Of a stretch of 64,000 nucleotides of DNA, positions 56,992-64,000 are shown piece after piece (the first letter of the stretch is position 1; each line of letters opens with the position of its first letter). The DNA lies in NCBI GenBank assembly GCA_018052995.1, contig JAGPMK010000001.1:5384-69383 (forward strand), written 5' to 3'. The notes beneath the pieces were generated by a model. That model was given only the letters and a program-made list of their open reading frames with translations. It made no database searches and was not told where the DNA came from. Source of the DNA: Syntrophorhabdales bacterium. GTDB lineage: Bacteria; Desulfobacterota; Syntrophorhabdia; Syntrophorhabdales; Syntrophorhabdaceae. The translations under genes were made by a program, and so were the position numbers.

Positions 56992-57423
56992 ATGACTGAT
57001 TTCAAGATAAAGACACCTTTTCTCACTGTCGATATAATAATCCGATATAAAGGCGGCATTGTCCTTATAGAGAGAAAGAATTATCCCTATGGATGGGCAC
57101 TGCCAGGTGGTTTTGTGGATATAGGTGAATCCCTTGAATATGCTGCAGTGCGAGAGGCAAAAGAGGAGACATCCCTTGATGTGTCGCTTTTGGAGCAGTT
57201 CTATGCATACTCAAAACCAGACAGAGACCCCCGTTTTCACACTGTATCTGTTGTTTATATTGGTGATGGCAGGGGAGGACTCAAAGGAAGAGATGATGCA
57301 AAAAAGGCAGGGATATTCACAGAGGACAATCTCCCTGAACAGATTGCCTTTGACCATAGGGCCATAATCGATGATTATCTTCGCTATATAAAGACCGGTA
57401 AAAGACCTGATATAAAGATATAA
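56992..57423 (+). CDS. NUDIX hydrolase
   Basis: The Nudix box [24 protein letters not shown] is present. Confidence 0.88.
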   Translation: MTDFKIKTPFLTVDIIIRYKGGIVLIERKNYPYGWALPGGFVDIGESLEYAAVREAKEETSLDVSLLEQFYAYSKPDRDPRFHTVSVVYIGDGRGGLKGRDDAKKAGIFTEDNLPEQIAFDHRAIIDDYLRYIKTGKRPDIKI

Positions 57424-57508
57424 GACAAGACCTTTATGGACTTATTAAACGCTGGGATATATCCTTGAGATCCCTTCCACCATAGAAAGGTAACATATAA
57501 AAGATGTG

Positions 57509-58459
57509 TTATACTGAATCCGCTTTAATAAATATCAGATATTCATACCTGTAGAGATCCTCTATAAACTGGCATATTATCTCAGCCTCATCGCTATGCC
57601 TCCCCTGGGTTGCAAGGATATGGCCTATTCTTTTATCAAATATGAAATGGATAAAATCTGCAAACACACCCCTTATGACCCTGTAACCAAAGGATTCCCC
57701 CACCTTTTTTAGATAGGAGAACTTTATAGTGTATTCATCGTGGCCCATAAGGGGTATCCTTTCAGGATTTCCTTTGGGCACAAATTTTATTAGTGATTTA
57801 AGATGCTCAGGCGGTGATGCCTCACAGCTATGTTCACCTGCATAGATATATGGTATGCCTGAAATGCAGAGTTTTTCTATTGCCTCTATGGCACCTATAT
57901 TCAGATTGAAGGTATCCTCCGCAGGTAGCGGTAGGCTGTATTTTTCAAAAAGCGCCCTAATCTTTTCAATAAATGGTTCAGTGGTATCTGGGTTGAATAA
58001 TTTTAACATATCTTTTTTTAAACCAACAACAGCAGGAAAGTCCCCAAGATTTTCATTCATGATAACAAGGTCGTAATTTTTTAAAAACACCTCATCCACA
58101 TCGAAAAAATTCCTTTCGATAAAGGTTACCTTATAATCCTTCAGGGTTTCCCTCTGTTTTTCAAGGAGAAAGGGTGATATATCAATCATAGTTGGCCTTA
58201 GAGCGCTATTTATATCGAGAAAGTCCTTCATGAGACATCCATATCCGCCACCTATCTCTATAATTTTATTTATTTTGTCCATAGGGATATATTTGCTCAG
58301 ATAACTGTATAAAAGCCTCCCAAAGGGTTTATTGTCTACCAGTATACTTCTTAGCACGGTATTTTCAGGATAAAGACTATTGCACACGGTAAGCTCCCAG
58401 CCCAATGTGCGTAGTTTTTCTGTGTGATACCTATGGGTTGTGTTTATCCTATAATCCAT
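57509..58459 (-). CDS. Class I SAM-dependent methyltransferase-like protein
   Basis: Start trimmed to the ATG at 58459. SAM motif I is IIEIGGGYGCLMKDFLD. Substrate unknown. Confidence 0.6.
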   Translation of the reverse strand: MDYRINTTHRYHTEKLRTLGWELTVCNSLYPENTVLRSILVDNKPFGRLLYSYLSKYIPMDKINKIIEIGGGYGCLMKDFLDINSALRPTMIDISPFLLEKQRETLKDYKVTFIERNFFDVDEVFLKNYDLVIMNENLGDFPAVVGLKKDMLKLFNPDTTEPFIEKIRALFEKYSLPLPAEDTFNLNIGAIEAIEKLCISGIPYIYAGEHSCEASPPEHLKSLIKFVPKGNPERIPLMGHDEYTIKFSYLKKVGESFGYRVIRGVFADFIHFIFDKRIGHILATQGRHSDEAEIICQFIEDLYRYEYLIFIKADSV

Positions 58460-58562
58460 ATAGATAAAACAAAAGGGGGATCCTCTAACAATGTGCCCCA
58501 ATGGTAGAGGTGTTTAAAATACTAAAGGGATGGGCACAGTGGCTACAAACTGTCTTATCTTA

Positions 58563-58592
58563 ATAAAAAACCCCCATGGTAATCTATGGGGG
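58563..58592 (-). terminator. Rho-independent terminator of acs
   Basis: On the minus strand, CCCCCAT-AGATTACC-ATGGGGG is followed by TTTTTT. Confidence 0.75.
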
Positions 58593-58614
58593 TTTGGTTT
58601 CAGGGTTCTATTTC

Positions 58615-60600
58615 TTACTGCCTGCCTGCCACGATGACATCAACTACTGAAGGATCGGCAAGTGTTGTTGTATCGCCTAGCTGATCGATCTCGCCGGAGG
58701 CAACCTTTCTTAAGATCCTTCTCATGATCTTGCCTGAACGTGTCTTAGGAAGGCCAGGGACAAACTGGATCTTGCCTGGTGATGCGATAGGCCCGATCTC
58801 CTTCCTTACGTGGGCAACAAGCTCTTTCTTAAGCTGGTCGCTTGGCTCATAGCCAGTCTTGAGGATAATATATGCGTATAGGTCTTCGCCTTTAACCTCA
58901 TGGGGGAAGCCGACGACTGCTGACTCTGCAACTGCTGGGTAGGAGTTAAGGGCTGCCTCAACCTCTGCTGTCCCCATCCTGTGCCCTGATACGTTTACAA
59001 CGTCGTCAATACGTCCCATAAGCCTGAAATAACCATCTTCATTTCTTATGGCACCATCGCCTGAGAAATAGAAGCCTGGCTGCTGGACAAAATATGTATT
59101 GAAGAATCTCTCTGGTTCACCAAAAACACCCCGCATCATACCTGGCCATGAACGCTCCATGCAGAGTTCGCCCTGCTCATTAACAGGTGCATCAACTGCA
59201 GGTTCATTTGCCGATGACCTTGGCTGAAGTGCCCTTGCCTTGACGCCAAAGAACGGGAGTGTTGCAAATCCTGGAATTGTGGGCCATGCGCCTGGAAGCG
59301 GTGAAATGAGGATCCCGCCTGTCTCTGTCTGCCACCATGTATCAACGATGGGGCATCTCTCGCCGCCTATGTGTTTATGATACCACAGCCATGCCTCAGG
59401 ATTGATGGGCTCGCCCACTGAACCAAGAAGCCTCAGTGAGGAAAGGTCTCTCTTTGCGGGCCACTGATCCCCTTCTTTCATAAGGGCACGAATGGCTGTT
59501 GGTGCTGTATAGAATATACTGACCTTGAATTTCTCAACAATCTGCCAGAATCTATCTGGGTTCGGGAAGGTGGGAACTGACTCAAAGACTATGGATGTTG
59601 CGCCGTTTGCCAGCGGACCATAAACAATGTATGAGTGACCTGTTACCCAGCCGATATCTGCGGTACAGAAAAAGATATCCTTGTCTTTGTAATCAAAGAT
59701 GTATTTGAATGTGGCATAGACATAGACCATATAGCCGCCTGTTGTATGAAGCACACCCTTTGGTTTGCCTGTAGAGCCTGATGTATAGAGGATGAAAAGG
59801 GGATCCTCTGCATCCATCCATACAGGTGCACATACATCGCTTATATCAGTGGCTGCCAGCTCATCCTCAAACCAGGTATCTCTCCCTTCCTTCATTGGGA
59901 CATTAAAATCGCCAAGCCTCTTTACAACTATAACCTTATCAACAGTATGCCCCTCTTTTGCACAGAGGTCAATGGCTGTATCGGCATTTGCCTTGGAGCT
60001 TACGGTCTTGCCTGAACGCCAATAGCCGTTTGCAGTAATCAATATCTTTGCGCCTGCATCAAGGATCCTGTCACGGAGTGCCTCAGCAGAGAAACCACCG
60101 AATACGATTGTGTGGATTGCGCCGATTCTTGCACATGCAAGCATGACAATCGGGAGCTGCCAGATCATAGGAAGGTATATGGCAACCCTATCACCCTTGC
60201 GGACGCCTTTTTTCTTGAGGACATTGGCAAACCTGGAAACGAGTTTTAGCATCTCTTTATAGGTAAGTTTTACTACATCATCCTCTGGCTCACCCTGAAA
60301 AAGTATGGCAACCTTATCGCCTCTTCCCTTCTTGATCTGCGCATCAAGGCAGTTATATGATATATTTGTCTTACCGCCTATAAACCACTCGACCTCGCCC
60401 TTTGCAAAATCCTCCCTGTTAACCCTCAGCCATTTCTTGTACCAGTATAATTCTGATGCAATCTCGCCCCAGAATGTTTCCGGGTCTTCTACTGACTGTT
60501 TCCACATCTTTTCGTATTCCTCGCGGCTGCTTACATATGCCTGTTCTACGAAATCCTCTGGTGGATAAAATTTGTTATTTTCTTCCCTAATCTTTCCCAT
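58615..60600 (-). CDS. acs: Acetyl-CoA synthetase (AMP-forming)
   Basis: 661 aa. It has YTSGSTGKPKGV, WWQTETGG, the SGHR context (VSGHRMGT) and C-terminal SGKIMRRILRK. Confidence 0.96.
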   Translation of the reverse strand: MGKIREENNKFYPPEDFVEQAYVSSREEYEKMWKQSVEDPETFWGEIASELYWYKKWLRVNREDFAKGEVEWFIGGKTNISYNCLDAQIKKGRGDKVAILFQGEPEDDVVKLTYKEMLKLVSRFANVLKKKGVRKGDRVAIYLPMIWQLPIVMLACARIGAIHTIVFGGFSAEALRDRILDAGAKILITANGYWRSGKTVSSKANADTAIDLCAKEGHTVDKVIVVKRLGDFNVPMKEGRDTWFEDELAATDISDVCAPVWMDAEDPLFILYTSGSTGKPKGVLHTTGGYMVYVYATFKYIFDYKDKDIFFCTADIGWVTGHSYIVYGPLANGATSIVFESVPTFPNPDRFWQIVEKFKVSIFYTAPTAIRALMKEGDQWPAKRDLSSLRLLGSVGEPINPEAWLWYHKHIGGERCPIVDTWWQTETGGILISPLPGAWPTIPGFATLPFFGVKARALQPRSSANEPAVDAPVNEQGELCMERSWPGMMRGVFGEPERFFNTYFVQQPGFYFSGDGAIRNEDGYFRLMGRIDDVVNVSGHRMGTAEVEAALNSYPAVAESAVVGFPHEVKGEDLYAYIILKTGYEPSDQLKKELVAHVRKEIGPIASPGKIQFVPGLPKTRSGKIMRRILRKVASGEIDQLGDTTTLADPSVVDVIVAGRQ

Positions 60601-60665
60601 GCGGAACCTCCTGATTTAATATAATTGATTGTGATGCTATTTAATTTTTCATGTGTAAACGCTCT

Positions 60666-60694
60666 ATTCTAAACATAGAAAAACGAGTTGTCAA
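60666..60694 (-). promoter_or_regulatory. Putative promoter of acs (TTGACA-17-TAGAAT)
   Basis: On the minus strand, TTGACA lies at 60694-60689, followed by an exact 17-nt spacer and TAGAAT at 60671-60666, about 60 nt upstream of the ATG. Confidence 0.5.
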
Positions 60695-60870
60695 CAAAAT
60701 TTTGTTAATATTTTCACAATTTATATAGCGGCAAGACATCACCTAATAAACAAAGCCCCCTCTTTTGGATTCACTATCTAAATGAAAGGTTCATGAAAAA
60801 CTTGACTTGAGGATTAGCTATTAATACGTTAATATATCTTTAAAAAATATTAAATCATAAGGAGCACAGA

Positions 60871-61455
60871 ATGGCAGATATGGAAACGAGAGACCCTATG
60901 AAACTCTTGATAGAGGGCAATAGGAGATATGTATCAGGAAAACCCGTCCACCCAAATCAGGATTCAAAAAAAAGAAAAGGGCTATCCTCAGGTCAGAGAC
61001 CCTTTGCTATTATAGTTGGATGCTCTGATTCCCGCGTCCCCCCTGAGATAATATTTGACCAAGGATTAGGGGATTTATTTGTTATAAGGGTTGCAGGCAA
61101 TATTGTAGATGATGTGGCGCTGGGCAGTATTGAATATGCAGTTGACCATCTCAAAACTGAGCTTGTGGTGGTTTTGGGGCATTCAAAATGCGGTGCAGTG
61201 ACTGCCACTGTCGAAGGCGGTAATGCCCATGGCCATATAGGGGACATAACCAACATTATTAGGCCTGCTGTTGAAAAGGCTAAGAGCCAACAGGGTGATA
61301 TTGTTGAAAATGCCATCAGGAATAATATAGACATGGTAATAGAAACAATAAAATCAGCAGAGCCGATTATAACAAGATCGATAAAGGAAGGAAGACTTAA
61401 GATAATCGGCGCATACTATAATATAGAAACTGGCGTGGTTGAGTTTGGCTCATAA
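60871..61455 (+). CDS. Beta-class carbonic anhydrase
   Basis: CSDSRVPPE and HSKCGA supply the Zn ligands, and the FVIRVAGN motif is present. Confidence 0.9.
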   Translation: MADMETRDPMKLLIEGNRRYVSGKPVHPNQDSKKRKGLSSGQRPFAIIVGCSDSRVPPEIIFDQGLGDLFVIRVAGNIVDDVALGSIEYAVDHLKTELVVVLGHSKCGAVTATVEGGNAHGHIGDITNIIRPAVEKAKSQQGDIVENAIRNNIDMVIETIKSAEPIITRSIKEGRLKIIGAYYNIETGVVEFGS

Positions 61456-61465
61456 AAATTTTTAT

Positions 61466-61497
61466 AAAAAAAGAGGGGACGATTCTATGTCCCCTCT
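61466..61497 (-). terminator. Rho-independent terminator of the TRAP-2 dctP gene
   Basis: AGAGGGGAC-GATTCTAT-GTCCCCTCT. On the minus strand it is followed by TTTTTTT. On the plus strand no T run follows. Confidence 0.65.
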
Positions 61498-61526
61498 AAA
61501 ATGACAATATGGTCGCTGGCTTTTTA

Positions 61527-62552
61527 TTAGTGGGTCTTTAGATAATCAACGCAGAATTTTATTATCTCATCACCAGGAAGACCTTTCGCCTTTGCATCCT
61601 TTGCATATTCATCAAGCAGCGGCCTTACCTTTGCAGCCCATCTTGCATCCTCTTCCTTGCTAAGCTTTATGACCTGGTTTCCCTTGGATTTTGCAAAGGC
61701 ATAACCCTCTTCATCAATCTTATCCCATAACTGACCTTGTTTCACAGCCCATTCCTTGCTTACCTCCTCAAATACCTTCTGAACGTCCGGCGGTAGGGAA
61801 TTCCATTTTGCCTTGTTCATAACTATAAACATAGCTGTTGTATATGCAGAGCCAAAGTTCTGGGTTGTTGACCTTACAACCTCACCCCATCTCCATCCCA
61901 CCATGGACTCCATAGGTGACATTGCGCCTTCTACCACCCCTGTCCGAAGTGCATCATAGGTTTCAGCCTGGGTTGTCCCAACAGGCGTTGCACCAAGGGC
62001 TAAGACAACTTTGGATGAAAGGCCTGTTGCCCTTATCTTCATCCCCTTTAAATCCTCAAGGGTCTTAACAGGTTTCTTTGTATGCAGGATCCCGGGCCCA
62101 TGGGCATGAACATAAAGCACCTTTACATCGCTGACCTCTTTCGGCTGAAACTTTGCGTAAAAGGCATTTGCAAGATTTGTCGCCTGAACACCACTCTTAT
62201 ATCCCAATGGAAGGTCAAGTGCCTCAAACATAGGGAACTTTCCTCTTGTGTATGCAAAGCAGCTCTCGCCAATATCTGCAATGCCCTTAACAACATTATC
62301 GTATGTCTGTGCTGCTGGTGTTAATGTACCCCCTGGATAATAGGTTATCTTTACCTTTCCATTGGTTCTCTTTTCAACCTCCCTGCACCAGGCCTCTGCT
62401 ATCTTGCTATTTTGATGGGGGGCTGGAAAAAAGTTTGAAAAGTTAAGCTTAATCTCTTTCTGCTGAGCCGATGCAGGATTTGGAATAGTAACCATGCAAA
62501 AAGACACACAGAGCACAAAAATAAAAAACGCTAAAACAAAATGTTTTTTCAT
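61527..62552 (-). CDS. dctP: TRAP transporter substrate-binding protein (DctP family), second system
   Basis: Start trimmed to the ATG at 62552, after GAGGAGGG, giving the signal peptide MKKHFVLAFFIFVLCVSFCMV. It is a paralogue of 14518-15549 (shared EVEKRTNGKVKI..PGGTL). Confidence 0.88.
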   Translation of the reverse strand: MKKHFVLAFFIFVLCVSFCMVTIPNPASAQQKEIKLNFSNFFPAPHQNSKIAEAWCREVEKRTNGKVKITYYPGGTLTPAAQTYDNVVKGIADIGESCFAYTRGKFPMFEALDLPLGYKSGVQATNLANAFYAKFQPKEVSDVKVLYVHAHGPGILHTKKPVKTLEDLKGMKIRATGLSSKVVLALGATPVGTTQAETYDALRTGVVEGAMSPMESMVGWRWGEVVRSTTQNFGSAYTTAMFIVMNKAKWNSLPPDVQKVFEEVSKEWAVKQGQLWDKIDEEGYAFAKSKGNQVIKLSKEEDARWAAKVRPLLDEYAKDAKAKGLPGDEIIKFCVDYLKTH

Positions 62553-62576
62553 AAAACCCTCCTCAACTTTTTTTAA

Positions 62577-62605
62577 TTTATATGAAATTGAACCTTCTTT
62601 GTCAA
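62577..62605 (-). promoter_or_regulatory. Putative internal promoter in front of dctP-2 (TTGACA-17-TATAAA)
   Basis: On the minus strand, TTGACA lies at 62605-62600, followed by a 17-nt spacer and TATAAA at 62582-62577. This is inside the 134-nt gap between dctM-2 and dctP-2. Confidence 0.4.
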
Positions 62606-62686
62606 GATTTTTATATTCCTCCTTTCCTTTTTGCCTTTCCTCTTGATTTTTCATGATTGGCCTCATCTTAATAAATGCCTTTTCTA

Positions 62687-63991
62687 TCAACCAGGCATCA
62701 GAACACCTGGTAGCCAGGTTGCAATCGCTGGAAACATAAAAACCAATATCCCACCCACAATAAGGCTTACGAGGAAAGGATAAACCCCACCGTATATAAC
62801 ACCTAAGGGTGTCTTCGTTATCTGTTTAACAACAAAGACGCATATCGCCATAGGTGGAATTACAACACCAATCATGACTGTGATGCCTATCAATATCCCA
62901 AACCACAATGGGTTGTAGCCGAGTTGTATAATTGCAGGATAGAAAATGGGGGTTGCAAGAATCATAAAGGCAAGGTCATCTATGAATGAACCGCCTATCA
63001 GATAGATTAAAGCGATAAAAATCAGTATAACCCAGGATGGCATCTGAAGACCTACTATCCAGTCTGCGGTAATCATTGGTATTTTTGTTACCGCTATAAA
63101 GTGCCCCAGGACTGTTGATGCTGCTATAAGCAAAAGCACCATACACGCAGCCCTCACAGATTCTACCGCTGACTTGGCAAAACCCTTTAGGTTTAAATCC
63201 CTCTTTGAGAATGCAAGCAAGAGGACGAGGAAGGTTCCTACACTGCCTGCCTCGGTAGGGGTAAAAAAACCGCCAAGTATACCGCCAATGACAAGAACAA
63301 ATATAATAAGAACCATTATAACATCAGGGACAGTTTTTAGACGTTGGGACCATGTAGATCTTTCACTTTTAGGAGCCAAGGCAGGGTTCATTTTGCACCA
63401 GCCATAGATAACACCAATAAAGAATAAGGCAATGAGCAGACCAGGAAAAATGCCTGCAAGGAACAGTCTTCCTATAGACTGGTCTGTGATAATCCCGTAT
63501 ATAATCAAGGTGACACTTGGTGGAAGCAATATCCCAAGGGTTCCCACGGTTGCCACAATACCAGTAGAAAGTCTTCTATCATAGCCGTATCTCTCCATCT
63601 CTGGGACAGCGACTGCGGCAAATGTAGCAGATGTTGCAGGGGAGGAACCGCATATTGCCTTAAAGACTGTTGCCCCACCAACTGTTGCCATGGCAAGACC
63701 TCCAGGCACATGCCCTATGAATTTGTTTGCAGCATCAAAGAGCCTTTTAGCTATCCCTGAATTAAATGCCACCTGACCCATTAAGACAAAAAGAGGGATA
63801 ACTGTAAAGCTATAAGAGTTCAAGACATCATAAAAATCTTTTGCAAGAAGATTAAAGGCAGCGCCCCATGATATGAGGTAACCAAAGCCGACAAAACCAA
63901 CCAGGATCATTGCAAAGGCAAGCTCGATCCCTGTTAGAAACAAAAAGAGAACAACAAGTAAACCAATGATACCAACCATTACCTCACTCAT
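62687..63991 (-). CDS. dctM: TRAP transporter large permease (DctM family), second system
   Basis: 434-aa polytopic protein with clear similarity to 16117-17424. The expected dctQ would lie beyond the window end. Confidence 0.9.
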   Translation of the reverse strand: MSEVMVGIIGLLVVLFLFLTGIELAFAMILVGFVGFGYLISWGAAFNLLAKDFYDVLNSYSFTVIPLFVLMGQVAFNSGIAKRLFDAANKFIGHVPGGLAMATVGGATVFKAICGSSPATSATFAAVAVPEMERYGYDRRLSTGIVATVGTLGILLPPSVTLIIYGIITDQSIGRLFLAGIFPGLLIALFFIGVIYGWCKMNPALAPKSERSTWSQRLKTVPDVIMVLIIFVLVIGGILGGFFTPTEAGSVGTFLVLLLAFSKRDLNLKGFAKSAVESVRAACMVLLLIAASTVLGHFIAVTKIPMITADWIVGLQMPSWVILIFIALIYLIGGSFIDDLAFMILATPIFYPAIIQLGYNPLWFGILIGITVMIGVVIPPMAICVFVVKQITKTPLGVIYGGVYPFLVSLIVGGILVFMFPAIATWLPGVLMPG

Positions 63992-64000
63992 ATTTTCCTC

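Overview
AT-rich chromosomal segment (AGA/AGG Arg and ATA Ile codons are preferred) from a Gram-negative-type anaerobe. It is densely coded, with about 60 protein genes and one tRNA-Ser(UGA). I found no rRNA, CRISPR array, transposase, integrase, phage gene, toxin-antitoxin pair or recognisable defence system. No transcription-factor gene is visible either.

Gene blocks:
- 1-9.0 kb, housekeeping: larA-like, eno, purB, and the operon tsaD-rsmA-HgdB-like-DUF4911-like-tldD, then ppiD-like.
- 9.0-14.3 kb: mreBCD-mrdA-rodA.
- 14.5-30.4 kb, acyl-CoA/dicarboxylate catabolic block: DctPQM TRAP transporter, GctAB-like CoA-transferase, TAXI-TRAP transporter, operon acyl-CoA dehydrogenase / free biotin carrier / HgdC-type activase, MBL hydrolase, and hbd-crt-thiolase-like-DUF35.
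- 30.6-33.1 kb, envelope trio: lipoprotein, secreted SNase, ExeA-like ATPase with TM segment and SH3 domain.
- 33.2-42.2 kb, LPS core/heptose region: Kdo-kinase-like, eukaryote-type hexokinase, split hldA/hldC, two GT9 heptosyltransferases interleaved with two radical-SAM enzymes and a thioesterase, headed by ftsB.
- 42.7-46.9 kb: tRNA-Ser, fabH, EamA, UPF0104, HD protein.
- 47-64 kb: thl-crt-etfBA, glcD-like oxidase, acyl-CoA synthetase with a solute symporter, amidohydrolase, NUDIX, methyltransferase, acs, beta-carbonic anhydrase, and a second TRAP system.

Nothing here is demonstrably a new system from sequence alone. The four best candidates for follow-up are:
- the acd / biotin-carrier / activase operon, which lacks a dehydratase or carboxyltransferase partner;
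- the orphan HgdB-like/DUF4911 pair embedded in a housekeeping operon;
- the translationally coupled SNase / ExeA-SH3 module;
- the radical-SAM/thioesterase genes translationally coupled inside the heptosyltransferase operon.

All functional calls come from reading motifs by eye. No database search was run.
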